A DNA stretch of 64,000 nt from an uncultured Candidatus Saccharibacteria bacterium (GCA_965230995.1 OZ246398.1:309204-373203); one strand, 5' to 3'. Positions 49,953 to 60,688 are shown, counted from the first letter of the stretch. A program made the numbers and translations. The notes: generated from the sequence alone by a model not told the origin.

Positions 49953-51794
49953 ATGCCAAAAGTTTCTGTAATCATTCCAACATTTAATAGGCCAGAACTA
50001 CTTTTGTTTGCAGTAAAATCAGTTTTAAATCAAACCTATGATGATTTTGAGGTGATTATTGTAGATGATGGTGTAGAAAAAAGAGCTGACAAAATTATTT
50101 CTGAAATAAAAGACCCGAGGGTTAGGTATATTCAACACGAAAGAAGCCTTGGAGGGGGGTCTGCTCGAAATACAGGAATAAAAAATGCAAGAGGTCAATT
50201 TTTAGCCTTTCTTGATGATGATGACGAGTGGGTAAGAGAAAAACTTTCTATTCAGATGAAGAGTTTCGAAAACACTCCAAAGGAAGTCGGTTTTTGTTTT
50301 TCTGGTGTTAAAAATATTTTTGACGATCACATTTCAGTGTCTAAAGTCTATGATGGGATCGTTGATTATTACGAGACTTCGCTTACCAGATTTAAGGGGG
50401 TTCTCACTGTAACCCTAATTGTGAAAAGATATGTTTTTGATGATGTGGGGTTTTTTGATACCACATTACCGAGCCACCAGGAGGCAGAGCTAATTATAAG
50501 AATATCAAAAAAATATAAGGGGCTTGGTATTAATCAACCTCTTGTTAACGTGTTGATGAAATCTGGGCATAGTCAGATTGGAAAGAATTTAGATAGAAAA
50601 ATTAAAGGGAGGGAGCTCACGATTGAAAAACATAAACAGGAAATAGAAAAATATCCAGAAAAACTTGCTAAACATTATTTTTGGTTGGCTCTATTACATA
50701 GAGATAATGGCAATATGAAAAAAGCTATAGAGTTATTAAAGATGGCAATGAAAACCAAATTTAAGTTAAGATACTTCTTACATTTCGTAAATTTATATTT
50801 TTTTAAAAAAAATATTGAACTCAAAAAAAATAAAAGATTAGGAGTTGCTTTTGTAGTGGGCAGTTTTCCGGAGATTTCAGAAACATTCATAATAAATCAA
50901 GTTGCCGATCTATTGAGAAGGGGTACGGATGTGAATGTTTTTTCTCTTAAATATGGTAATACAGAAAATATCTCAGAACGTTATTATGAACACAGCATGA
51001 AAGACAGGTGTTTGTATTTGTCGATGCCAGAAAATTTATTGAGAAGGTTTTTTGTTGCTTTACCGAAAGCCATTTCTATTCTCGTTCGTAGACCTCGTGT
51101 ATTTTTCAGAATATTTAATATAAAAAAATATGGTAAAAATTCTTTGTCGCTAAAAATTTTATTTTGGGTATACCCGTTTGTTGGTAGAGAGAACGATTTT
51201 GATTTGATTCACTGTCATTTTGGAACAGTTGCAAATAAATTCCTTGTCATAAACGAAATTTTAGGCTGGGATAAAAAAATTATTGTGACATTTTACGGAT
51301 ACGATGTCAGTCATATATTTAAAGACAAGCCTTCTGATTACTATGACAATCTAAAAAAAATAGGTTCTTTGTTTTTTGTTATGTCACAAAATATGAAGGA
51401 ACGAGTCGTCTCTTATGGTTTTCCTGAAGAAAAAGTCGAGGTGTTACCTGTTAGTATTGACGTACCAGCATATGATTTCAAAGAAAGAACAAAAAAAGAA
51501 ACAGGGGAACTAAAAATAATTTCTGTTGGACGTTTTGTAGAAAAGAAGGGTTTTGACGATCTGTTGAAAGCTATCGCAATAGTAAAGGAAAAGATTAATA
51601 AAAAAATAACTTGTGATATTGTCGGTGGAGGTGAAATGGAAAATGAACTTCGTAACCTCACATTACAGCTTGGTCTCGAAGAAAATGTAAATTTTAAAGG
51701 ATATATGAAAATTGAGGACATTATAAAATTATTTGAGGAAAAGGATGTCTTTATTCAACCTTCAAAGACTGCTCGTAATGGTGATATGGAATAA
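49953..51794 (+). CDS. bifunctional glycosyltransferase: N-terminal GT2 plus the C-terminal GT4 domain up to the middle of its EX7E region
   Basis: GT2 region VSVIIPTFNRPELLLFAVKSVLNQTYDDFEVIIVDDG. The GT4 region runs to ...ARNGDME, then a stop codon. Confidence 0.6.
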   Translation: MPKVSVIIPTFNRPELLLFAVKSVLNQTYDDFEVIIVDDGVEKRADKIISEIKDPRVRYIQHERSLGGGSARNTGIKNARGQFLAFLDDDDEWVREKLSIQMKSFENTPKEVGFCFSGVKNIFDDHISVSKVYDGIVDYYETSLTRFKGVLTVTLIVKRYVFDDVGFFDTTLPSHQEAELIIRISKKYKGLGINQPLVNVLMKSGHSQIGKNLDRKIKGRELTIEKHKQEIEKYPEKLAKHYFWLALLHRDNGNMKKAIELLKMAMKTKFKLRYFLHFVNLYFFKKNIELKKNKRLGVAFVVGSFPEISETFIINQVADLLRRGTDVNVFSLKYGNTENISERYYEHSMKDRCLYLSMPENLLRRFFVALPKAISILVRRPRVFFRIFNIKKYGKNSLSLKILFWVYPFVGRENDFDLIHCHFGTVANKFLVINEILGWDKKIIVTFYGYDVSHIFKDKPSDYYDNLKKIGSLFFVMSQNMKERVVSYGFPEEKVEVLPVSIDVPAYDFKERTKKETGELKIISVGRFVEKKGFDDLLKAIAIVKEKINKKITCDIVGGGEMENELRNLTLQLGLEENVNFKGYMKIEDIIKLFEEKDVFIQPSKTARNGDME

Positions 51795-51796
51795 AT

Positions 51797-52078
51797 ATGA
51801 ACACAATAATATCTCAAGCACTTGCAACCGGACTACCGGTTATAACCACAAAACATAGCGGGCTTCCTGATCAAGTTATAGATCAAAAAAATGGTTTTCT
51901 CGTTAACGAAGGAGACTATGTCAATTTAGCAGAAAAAATAATTGATTATGCAAAGCACCCAGATATCTGGAAAGATTTTAGTTTGTATGGAAGAAAACAT
52001 GTTCTAGAAAAGTATGACTCTAAAGCACTTATCGATAAACAGCTCTTTTTTTACAAAAAAGTTTTAGGAGATAAATGA
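51797..52078 (+). pseudogene. detached C-terminal fragment of the GT4 domain; frameshift or nonsense split of the upstream gene
   Basis: MNTIISQALATGLPVITTKHSGLPDQV is the expected continuation of the GT4 EX7E/nucleotide-binding region. It is in a different frame, 2 nt after the upstream stop. Confidence 0.5.
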
Positions 52079-52080
52079 AA

Positions 52081-53319
52081 TTATTTTAATTTCATAAAAA
52101 AATAAAAAGTAAGCATGCTGTTTGCAAAAGTTGCAAGGATAATTGCAATTATGGCTCCCATTATGCCAAAAGTTGGCAAAAGGATAGCAAGGAGAGCTAT
52201 TCTTATGATTGGAGAAATGGTCTGAAGAATATACAAGCTCTTTTTTTCTGCAAGAGCAATGAGGGGGTGGCTGAACATTCTGTACGGGAAAAAAAATAGA
52301 CTAATTGCAAATATTTGAGAGTAAATTACAGAACCAACATATTGTGGAAATATTATTTTAAATAGAAACGGAGCGAGAATAATATAAAGCACAATTGGAA
52401 AAATAAGAAGAAATGAAAATTTGAATATTTTTTTGGGGAGTGTCTTTTTTAAAATATCTATGTTTTGACTTGCGATTTTTGGGTAGGCAAGCATAGAAAA
52501 AGATTTTAAAAATGATAGAGATTGATTTATGGGGACAATTGCAAATGAATATATTGCAAGTTGAACCGGACCGATAAAATGCCACAAAAGTATCTTGTCT
52601 ATATTTTCAGAGACAACACTGAGAACATTCATCATGCTCATATGTTTTCCAAAAGAGACTAATTTTTCATCTTTTTTGTTATTTAGTTTGTATTTTCTAA
52701 ATATGTAGACAAAAAATAAAAGTTGCGCAAAAAATTGTGCCAAAAAATATGTTGTGACCAGGGCTATTGCGTTTGGCCAAATCAAGAGTGCGCAGATAAT
52801 TGAAATCGCAAGTAATAATTGGTTGGCTGAAGATAGAATAGATGCGGTTTTGAAAAGCTTTTTGCCCTCGAGGAACGGCCCGTAGACAATGCTTTCTGTT
52901 ATTGGAGAAAAAACAGAAGCAACAAGGAAAATTACCCCTAAAGTTGTGTTTTGGTTGTAAAAATAATATGCAGATATCACAAGACCAGATATAACCGCTA
53001 GAGAAGACCACTTTAGTTTTGCCCTAATTCCTTGCATCAGCGATCCTTCAAAACCAAGTACTGTAGATCTCGTGATTGATGAGTTAATTCCTGATAGAGA
53101 AAAGACACCAAGTATTCCAAATATAGAAAGAACATATTTATATAGAGCATAGGCATCTTTTGGTAGAATATTGGCATAAGCTATTGCAAGGCCAAGTGCA
53201 GTCAAAGACCCCACCACTTTGCTTATACTTAACCAGGAAAAACCCTTTGCAAGGTATAGCATATCGGTTTTTGACCATTTTTCGCTCCACTTGAGTAATC
53301 TATAGACCGTCGTTTTCAT
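52081..53319 (-). CDS. polysaccharide biosynthesis flippase (Wzx/MOP superfamily)
   Basis: A ~12-TM protein with a typical Wzx N-terminus, ...LAKGFSWLSISKVVGSLTALGLAIAYANIL.... Confidence 0.7.
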   Translation of the reverse strand: MKTTVYRLLKWSEKWSKTDMLYLAKGFSWLSISKVVGSLTALGLAIAYANILPKDAYALYKYVLSIFGILGVFSLSGINSSITRSTVLGFEGSLMQGIRAKLKWSSLAVISGLVISAYYFYNQNTTLGVIFLVASVFSPITESIVYGPFLEGKKLFKTASILSSANQLLLAISIICALLIWPNAIALVTTYFLAQFFAQLLFFVYIFRKYKLNNKKDEKLVSFGKHMSMMNVLSVVSENIDKILLWHFIGPVQLAIYSFAIVPINQSLSFLKSFSMLAYPKIASQNIDILKKTLPKKIFKFSFLLIFPIVLYIILAPFLFKIIFPQYVGSVIYSQIFAISLFFFPYRMFSHPLIALAEKKSLYILQTISPIIRIALLAILLPTFGIMGAIIAIILATFANSMLTFYFFMKLK

Positions 53320-53422
53320 TGTGGTTTGAATTGTATATTATATGACTCCTTTTTGCGAGTCTTTAGGTGACATTTATATTCTTTGTGCTATCTTTATATC
53401 ATATAAATTTGAAGGGCTTTTT

Positions 53423-54298
53423 ATGCAGAAAAAAAACAAAATTGGCTTTATTGGTCAGGGATGGATTGGAAAAAATTATGCTGATGATTTTGAGAGTCGT
53501 GGATTTGATGTAATCAGATATTCTCTCGATCCACTTTATGTAAAAAATAAAGATAAAATTTCAAATTGTAAAATAGTTTTTGTTGCGGTTCCGACTCCTA
53601 CCACTCCAAAAGGTTTTGATGATTCGATTTTAAAGGAAGCAATCAAAGTTACAGGGAAAGACAGTACTGTAGTTATAAAATCTACAATGCCAGTTGGAAA
53701 AACAATTGAGATTCAAAATATATATAAAGATAGATTTATAATGCATTCCCCAGAATTTCTTGTTGAGGCAACTGCACGATTCGATGCTTCGAATCCAGAA
53801 AGGAACATAATCGGTATTCCACAGAAAACAAAAACATATATTACTAGAGCAAAAAAAGTTCTCTCTGTATTGCCAAAAGCGCCATACACAAAAATTTGTT
53901 CTTCGAATGAAGCAGAGCTAATTAAATACGCCCATAATGTTCATGGATATATACAAATAATATTTACGAATATGCTTTTTGATTTGGCATCTAAATCAAA
54001 TATGGACTGGCAAACACTGCAAGAATCATTTAAAGCAGATAGGATGATGTGTCATTACTATCTCAATCCAGTACATAAAAGCGGGAGAGGTGCGGGTGGA
54101 CATTGTTTTGTGAAAGACTTCGAGGCTTTTGTAGATATGTACAACAGTTTGAATGATAGTTTTGGAACAAAAATATTAGAGTCTGTGCGTGATAAAAACC
54201 TTACTTTGCTTTTAGGTACAAAAAAAGATATGGATATTGTAGAAGGAGTGTATAGCAAAAACAAAATACAAAAAATCTTAAAAAGCAAGAAATCATAA
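53423..54298 (+). CDS. short UDP-glucose/GDP-mannose dehydrogenase-family protein, apparently lacking the C-terminal UDP-binding domain
   Basis: Rossmann IGFIGQGWIGKN plus HSPEFLVEATARFDASNPERNIIG, compared with the NPEFLREG...P.R..IG motif. Confidence 0.5.
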   Translation: MQKKNKIGFIGQGWIGKNYADDFESRGFDVIRYSLDPLYVKNKDKISNCKIVFVAVPTPTTPKGFDDSILKEAIKVTGKDSTVVIKSTMPVGKTIEIQNIYKDRFIMHSPEFLVEATARFDASNPERNIIGIPQKTKTYITRAKKVLSVLPKAPYTKICSSNEAELIKYAHNVHGYIQIIFTNMLFDLASKSNMDWQTLQESFKADRMMCHYYLNPVHKSGRGAGGHCFVKDFEAFVDMYNSLNDSFGTKILESVRDKNLTLLLGTKKDMDIVEGVYSKNKIQKILKSKKS

Positions 54299-54370
54299 GT
54301 ATTTCAAGCCGACTTTCTCTCTATAAAATATTGGTAGTACAGAATAAATCTCTGTGGTATCATTTTAAAA

Positions 54371-56761
54371 ATGAATAATTTGGAAAAATACAAGGGTTTT
54401 GCTGTTTATGCGATATGGGGAGGGATTTTTATGTTGCTTTTGACTCCTTTTGTGGTAGTAAAATCAATGTACTTTCCTTATGTTGCGGGCAAGGGTTTTT
54501 ATTTCAGAATTATTGTTGAAATAATCGCAGTACTGTATCTTTTTGTGGTTGCGATAGACAAAAGCTTTCTTCCCAAAAGAAGTCTGACTTTATATGTCTT
54601 GCTCGGATTGTTATTATCGCTCTGTATCTCAAATATTTTTGGCCCTGATACATATAAAAGCTTCTTTTCCAATTACGAGAGAATGGAGGGATTTGTAAAT
54701 GTTGCCCATCTCGTTATTTTGTTTATTGTTTCCAATTCAGTTATTCAAACAAAAAAAAGTTGGGACTATATTTTGAATTTTTCTCTCATTACGTCTTTCT
54801 TAGTGAATGCCTATTCGGTACTTCAGTTAGCTGGGTATATAAAAATTAATCAAGGAGGCGTTCGTGTTGATGGACCTTTTGGAAACGCTTCGTATCTAGC
54901 AATGTACGCTTTGATACATATTTTTATAGCTCTGTATTTTGTATTTAGAAGCCAAACAGAACAATACAAAAAAATAATTTACATAGCACTCGCATTGTTT
55001 TCCTTCTATATATTGTTTATGACAGCAACGAGAGGTGCAATGCTCGGTCTTGTGTTTGGTTTAATTACGTCAGGATTGTTTCTCGGGATTAGGGTTCAAA
55101 ATAGGGAGACTCGTATTTTTGCTGGTATTGCACTGGCTGTAATCGTATTCTTGTTTGCCGGAGTTTTTATGTTTAAGGGTAGTAGCATAATAAAAAGTTC
55201 AGATTCGCTTACTAGGTTATCGAACATATCTCTTTCTGATTCGACGGCAATGTCACGTTTTACTATTTGGGGTATGTCGCTTGAAGGTTTAAAAGAAAAA
55301 CCAATTTTTGGTTGGGGGCAAGAAAATTTTAATTACGTTTTCAATTCGCATTACAAACCATCACTTTTTACGCAAGAAGAGTGGTTTGATAGAGCACACA
55401 ACCTAGTCTTTGATTGGTTTGTTACCGGTGGATTGTTTGGTGGAATTCTGTATTTGTCGCTTTTTGCTTGGGCAGTTTATTACATTTGGAAAAGAGAAGA
55501 TTTTGAAATAGGGGAGAAAGCTGTTTTGATCGGTCTTGTATGTGGATATTTTTTCCAAAATCTTTTTGTGTTTGATAACCCAACCAGTTATACATTGTTT
55601 TTCTTGTTGCTCGCATTTGTAACGGTGGGCAAAAATTTTGAATGGAAAGAAGAAAATGAGCGGGGTCAAATATCGGCTACAAGATATGCACTACTTTCAG
55701 TTTTTGCGCTTATATTCTTATACGTGTCTTTCGTTATAACAGTTAAACCTATAGTTACAAACATAACCCTCATAAAGACACTCGAGGAATATAACAACTA
55801 TCGAGCGTATTCTAATATAGCAAGCAGTATGTCCCAAAACCCCAGCAATCAGAATTTGGTTAGAGGTGATATTGTAAAAATATTGGAAAACAAATCCGTA
55901 CCCGATGAAATAAAAGCGATTCTTTCAAGGTTTAAAAAAGGAAACAAGACTGATAATCTCGGCAAAATATTATCTGAAGCATCACTTGAATCCGCAAATA
56001 CTATTCCAGAATTAATGCAAAAGATTATAAACCAAGATACTTTTGGCATAACAGAATCGAGAGAACAGTTTGCTCAACTTGCAGTGTCTGTTATTCGAGA
56101 AAAAGATTTTCCTGCAGAAGCGAAAGAAAAAATATACCAAATTTCAAAAGCAGAGATGTACAAACATATGGCACTTTCTCCGCTGAATGCAAGGAACTAT
56201 ATGATAGGTGGAATGTTTTTTGCAGAAACTGGAAATTTGCAATTATCAATAGAACATCTCAAAAAGGCACTAGAGCTTTCCCCACAAAAACAATCAATAA
56301 TGCTTCAGCTTGGTGCTATTTATGCACAAGCAAATATGATGAATGAAGCGGTTGAAATGTGGAAAAAAGCCTCTGAATTAGATGGCCGTTTTCCAACACC
56401 AAAAATTGCCTATGCAGGAGGTCTCCTAATAAATAATCAAAAAGAAGAGGCAATGATTATAATAAATGATTTACTTAAAAATGAATCAGATAGAAATGCT
56501 CTCTATATGAACGATCAATTTGCAAGGATCCTGCCTTTCGCAAAAGAATATAAATTGCTCGTTGATTTATTGAAATACAGAATAGAAAAAGATCCAGATG
56601 ATATTAACAGAAGGATGTCGCTAGTTGTCACATATTTTGATGCGAATATGAAAACAGATGCGATAAAAGAATTGGAAGAAATAAAAACAATTTTCCCTGA
56701 TTTTTCTACAACGGCTGATAAATACATTAAAGATATAAAAAACGGTAAAAGACCAGAATAA
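54371..56761 (+). CDS. O-antigen ligase/polymerase-family (Wzy_C) membrane protein with C-terminal TPR repeats
   Basis: About 12 TM helices with a large loop, ...MTATRGAMLGLVFGLIT..., and TPR-like repeats in the C-terminal 300 aa. Confidence 0.65.
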   Translation: MNNLEKYKGFAVYAIWGGIFMLLLTPFVVVKSMYFPYVAGKGFYFRIIVEIIAVLYLFVVAIDKSFLPKRSLTLYVLLGLLLSLCISNIFGPDTYKSFFSNYERMEGFVNVAHLVILFIVSNSVIQTKKSWDYILNFSLITSFLVNAYSVLQLAGYIKINQGGVRVDGPFGNASYLAMYALIHIFIALYFVFRSQTEQYKKIIYIALALFSFYILFMTATRGAMLGLVFGLITSGLFLGIRVQNRETRIFAGIALAVIVFLFAGVFMFKGSSIIKSSDSLTRLSNISLSDSTAMSRFTIWGMSLEGLKEKPIFGWGQENFNYVFNSHYKPSLFTQEEWFDRAHNLVFDWFVTGGLFGGILYLSLFAWAVYYIWKREDFEIGEKAVLIGLVCGYFFQNLFVFDNPTSYTLFFLLLAFVTVGKNFEWKEENERGQISATRYALLSVFALIFLYVSFVITVKPIVTNITLIKTLEEYNNYRAYSNIASSMSQNPSNQNLVRGDIVKILENKSVPDEIKAILSRFKKGNKTDNLGKILSEASLESANTIPELMQKIINQDTFGITESREQFAQLAVSVIREKDFPAEAKEKIYQISKAEMYKHMALSPLNARNYMIGGMFFAETGNLQLSIEHLKKALELSPQKQSIMLQLGAIYAQANMMNEAVEMWKKASELDGRFPTPKIAYAGGLLINNQKEEAMIIINDLLKNESDRNALYMNDQFARILPFAKEYKLLVDLLKYRIEKDPDDINRRMSLVVTYFDANMKTDAIKELEEIKTIFPDFSTTADKYIKDIKNGKRPE

Positions 56762-56766
56762 AGTAT

Positions 56767-57783
56767 ATGAATATTCAAAACAACATTCTACTCGCAGAAA
56801 AAACCACTTTTAGAATAGGTGGAATTGCAAAATTTTACACAGAAGTTTTTTCTCTAGAAGATTTAAAAGAAGCTATAAATTTTTCAAAAAAAGAAAAAAT
56901 ACCTTTCGTGGTAATAGGGGGCGGTTCTAATCTGCTCATAAATGATAAAGACTTTAACGGTTTGGTCATAAAAAACTCTATTTTAGGAATTGAATGGAAT
57001 GATCTTGGTGAAAAAATTTCCGTTTCCGCTTGTTCTGGAGAAAATTGGGATAATCTCGTTTCTCTCACTGTCGAAAGGGGGTTGTTTGGATTTGAAAATC
57101 TATCATTAATCCCTGGTTCTGTCGGGGCAAGTCCAATTCAAAATATCGGCGCATACGGGGCAGAAGTTAAACAGACAATAGAAAGCGTAGAAGCCTTTGA
57201 TACCGAAAAAATGGAAATTATTTCTTTTACAAACAAAGAATGTAAATTTGGTTATCGTGATTCTATTTTCAAAAAACCTGAAAATAAAAAATACATTGTT
57301 ACAAGAGTAAATTATATCCTTCAAAAAAGCGGAGATACATTCATTGGTTACACTGACCTTGCAGATTATTTTGTAAGAAGAGGAATAGCAAGGGCAACAC
57401 CAAAAGAAGTCAGGGAAGCAGTAATCTATATTAGAACAAATAAATTACCTGATATTAAAAAAGTTGGGACAGCAGGGTCATTTTGGAAAAATCCGGTAGT
57501 AACCAGAGAGAGATTTGATGAATTGAAAAAGATTTTTCCAGAAATACCAGGACACGCAACCGAAGGTGCAATGAAATTATCTGCTGGCTGGATAATTGAT
57601 AAAATATTAGGACTAAAAGGATATTGCATTGGTGATGCGTGCGTATCCGAAAAGCAGGCACTTGTTTTAGTAAACAAAGGAAAAGCTACTTATGAAGACA
57701 TAAATAATTTGGCAAAAAAAATTGAAACTGAAACAAAAGAAAAAATAAATATTTCACTCGAGAGAGAAGTAAGAGAAATTTAA
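56767..57783 (+). CDS. murB: UDP-N-acetylenolpyruvoylglucosamine reductase
   Basis: FAD-binding N-terminus TFRIGGIAKFYTEV...IPFVVIGGGSNLLIND. Confidence 0.85.
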   Translation: MNIQNNILLAEKTTFRIGGIAKFYTEVFSLEDLKEAINFSKKEKIPFVVIGGGSNLLINDKDFNGLVIKNSILGIEWNDLGEKISVSACSGENWDNLVSLTVERGLFGFENLSLIPGSVGASPIQNIGAYGAEVKQTIESVEAFDTEKMEIISFTNKECKFGYRDSIFKKPENKKYIVTRVNYILQKSGDTFIGYTDLADYFVRRGIARATPKEVREAVIYIRTNKLPDIKKVGTAGSFWKNPVVTRERFDELKKIFPEIPGHATEGAMKLSAGWIIDKILGLKGYCIGDACVSEKQALVLVNKGKATYEDINNLAKKIETETKEKINISLEREVREI

Positions 57784-57995
57784 AACACTGCAATAAAAAA
57801 TGCAGTGTTTTATTTTCAAAAAATTTTTTTGTTATCCACAATTATTTCAAAAAAATTATTGTATATGTTTTTCATATGTATGATAATTAACTCAGGTCGA
57901 GAAAAATAATTTTAAATTTTCATTTCAAAAAATAAAAAAATTATTTATTATCAATTAACTCATCTGCGCACAGTAATGTACGCATGAAAAAATAA

Positions 57996-58112
57996 ATGCC
58001 AGGAAAAAAGAAAAAGGCAGCAAAGAAGAAAGTTGTGAAGAAGGCAAAAAAGACAACAAAGAGAAAAGCTGCTCCTAAGAAGAAAAAGAAGGCCACAAAG
58101 AAAAGACGATAG
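57996..58112 (+). CDS. 38 aa extremely Lys-rich basic peptide (histone H1/Hc1-like tail)
   Basis: MPGKKKKAAKKKVVKKAKKTTKRKAAPKKKKKATKKRR. A terminator lies directly downstream at 58147-58175. No RBS was recognised. Confidence 0.3.
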   Translation: MPGKKKKAAKKKVVKKAKKTTKRKAAPKKKKKATKKRR

Positions 58113-58213
58113 ATCATTTTAGATTTTAGTTCTTTATGTCGGACGAAACGAAAGCCTCCCGTTGGGAGGTTTTCGTTTTTGTGCTATTATTGAACGCATT
58201 AAATAACGCATAT

Positions 58214-60688
58214 ATGTTCAAAATCTTAAAGAAAATCATTCCCGACCACAGTTCCCGAGAAATAAAGAAAATACGGCCAATTATAGCCAAAATAAACGAA
58301 TTAGAGCCATCATTTAAGGCTCTTTCAGACGAATCACTAAAAGCCAAGACTCTAGAATTTAAAACAGCATTATCACAGGGCAAGACTTTGGATTCTATAT
58401 TACCAGAAGCATTTTGTGCTGTTAGAGAAGCTGGCAGGAGGACTCTTGGACAGAGACATTACGATGTTCAGCTTATTGGAGGTATTGTTATGCACCAAGG
58501 TGGAATTGCTGAAATGAGAACGGGTGAGGGAAAAACTTTGGTTGCAACTTTGCCTGCATATTTGAATGCTCTCACTGGGCAAGGTGTTCATGTTGTAACA
58601 GTAAACGATTATCTTTCAAAAAGAGATGCGATATGGATGGGACAAATTTATTCTTTCCTCGGACTTTCTGTTGGAATAATAAATCACGAAGCATCATATC
58701 TTTATGATGAGAATGTAAAAGCAGATGAAAAAAGAGACGAAGTCGGAAGTTTTAAAGTTGTAGAAGATTTTCTGCGTCCATGTTCTAGAAAAGAATCTTA
58801 CGATGCAGATATTACTTATGGAACAAATAATGAATTTGGTTTTGATTATCTTAGAGACAATATAGAAACTGATGCAAGCAGAGTAAGACAGCGACCTTTT
58901 AATTATGCAATTGTCGACGAGATAGACTCGATACTTATAGACGAAGCGAGGACACCTTTGATTATTTCAGCTCCGACTGCTGAATCTGAAAGTCTATATA
59001 TGACATTTGCCGGAGTTGCGAGAGAACTAAAAGAAGGTGTCGATTTTGAAGTCGATGAAAAAATGAAGGCTGTGAGTTTGACCGATCAGGGAATTAGCCA
59101 TGCAGAAAAACTTTTAGGTGTGACGAATATCTATTCTGAAAAAGGTGTAAAATTTGTTCATCATCTCGAAACTGCAGTTAGAGCAAAAGCTCTCTATAGA
59201 AATGACAAAGAATACGTTGTTCGTGATGGTGAAGTATTTATCGTTGATGAATTTACCGGGCGTATTCAACCAGGCAGAAGATGGTCAGAAGGATTACATC
59301 AAGCAATAGAAGCAAAAGAAGGAGTAAAGATTCAAAATGAATCTAGAACTTATGCTTCTATTACCTACCAGAACTTTTTTAGGATGTACAAAAAATTATC
59401 TGGTATGACAGGTACGGCTATGACGTCATCAGAGGAATTTTACAAAGTCTATGGTTTAAATACGGTAGAAATTCCTACAAATAAAACAATTGCGAGAATT
59501 GATAATGATGATTTGATATTCAAAACCGAAATAGGCAAATTCAAAGCAATTGCAAAAAAAATAAAAGAACTAAACACAAAAGGTCAGCCTGTGCTGGTCG
59601 GTACCGTATCTATTGAAAGAAACGAATTGCTCTCTGACTTTCTATCTAAACAAGGTGTAAAGCATGAAATTTTGAACGCAAAAAACCACGCACGTGAAGG
59701 AGAAATTATCGCTCAAGCAGGAAAGAGAGGTGCTGTTACTATTGCTACAAACATGGCGGGGCGAGGTGTGGATATTAAATTAGGTGGAGCAGTAGCAACG
59801 AAAGAAGAATATGAAGAAGTAAAAAAACTCGGCGGTTTGTTTGTTTTGGGTACCGAAAGGCATGAAGCAAGGAGAATTGATAATCAGTTGCGAGGTAGAT
59901 CAGGTAGACAAGGTGACCCAGGAGAAACACAGTTCTTTGTTTCTACCGAAGATTCCCTTATGAGGGTTTTTGCATCTGATTTAATCAAGGGTCTTATGGA
60001 AAAACTCGGGGTGGCAGAAGACGAACCAATAAAAAATAAAATGATAACGAGCTCTCTCGAGAGAGCACAAGAGAGAATTGAAGGCTTTAATTTTGACGCG
60101 AGAAAGCATGTTTTGGAATATGACAACGTTATGAATCTCCATAGGCTTTCAGTTTACGAGAGAAGGAGAAAAATGCTTTTTGGCGAGAGAAAAGAAATAG
60201 AAGAGTATTTCAATTCAATCATTACCGATGCACTAGATGAATTAAAAGAAAATGTTTTAAAGAAAAAGTCTGAATTAGGTGATGATGTTTTCTTTGATGT
60301 TTTCCGAAAAGTTGTTTTACAAATGAACGATGCACTGTGGGTGGAACATCTTGAAACTATGGATTTTCTACGAAGCTCTGTTAACTTGCGTGCTTACGGA
60401 CAAAGAGATCCTCTTGTTGAATACAAAAAAGAAGGTGTACGCCTATTTAAAGATATGCAGGTTCGTCTTGCTGGAGAAGTATTGTCTTTGCTTCCTCAGG
60501 TAACCGTAGATGTAAAAGTTGAACAAGCTCCAAAAGTTGTTGAACACAGAGATGAAGGAGTTGGTGACGATAGTAATAAAGAAGAAAAAAAAGAGCAAAA
60601 AAACTCCTCAGAATATTCTGATGTCGGTAGAAATGATCCTTGCCCATGCGGAAGTGGAAAGAAATTCAAAAAATGCCACGGGGCATAA
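58214..60688 (+). CDS. secA: preprotein translocase ATPase SecA. The start is refined to MFKILKKI.
   Basis: DEAD-like motor motifs and the C-terminal zinc-binding CPCGSGKKFKKCHG. Confidence 0.9.
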   Translation: MFKILKKIIPDHSSREIKKIRPIIAKINELEPSFKALSDESLKAKTLEFKTALSQGKTLDSILPEAFCAVREAGRRTLGQRHYDVQLIGGIVMHQGGIAEMRTGEGKTLVATLPAYLNALTGQGVHVVTVNDYLSKRDAIWMGQIYSFLGLSVGIINHEASYLYDENVKADEKRDEVGSFKVVEDFLRPCSRKESYDADITYGTNNEFGFDYLRDNIETDASRVRQRPFNYAIVDEIDSILIDEARTPLIISAPTAESESLYMTFAGVARELKEGVDFEVDEKMKAVSLTDQGISHAEKLLGVTNIYSEKGVKFVHHLETAVRAKALYRNDKEYVVRDGEVFIVDEFTGRIQPGRRWSEGLHQAIEAKEGVKIQNESRTYASITYQNFFRMYKKLSGMTGTAMTSSEEFYKVYGLNTVEIPTNKTIARIDNDDLIFKTEIGKFKAIAKKIKELNTKGQPVLVGTVSIERNELLSDFLSKQGVKHEILNAKNHAREGEIIAQAGKRGAVTIATNMAGRGVDIKLGGAVATKEEYEEVKKLGGLFVLGTERHEARRIDNQLRGRSGRQGDPGETQFFVSTEDSLMRVFASDLIKGLMEKLGVAEDEPIKNKMITSSLERAQERIEGFNFDARKHVLEYDNVMNLHRLSVYERRRKMLFGERKEIEEYFNSIITDALDELKENVLKKKSELGDDVFFDVFRKVVLQMNDALWVEHLETMDFLRSSVNLRAYGQRDPLVEYKKEGVRLFKDMQVRLAGEVLSLLPQVTVDVKVEQAPKVVEHRDEGVGDDSNKEEKKEQKNSSEYSDVGRNDPCPCGSGKKFKKCHGA

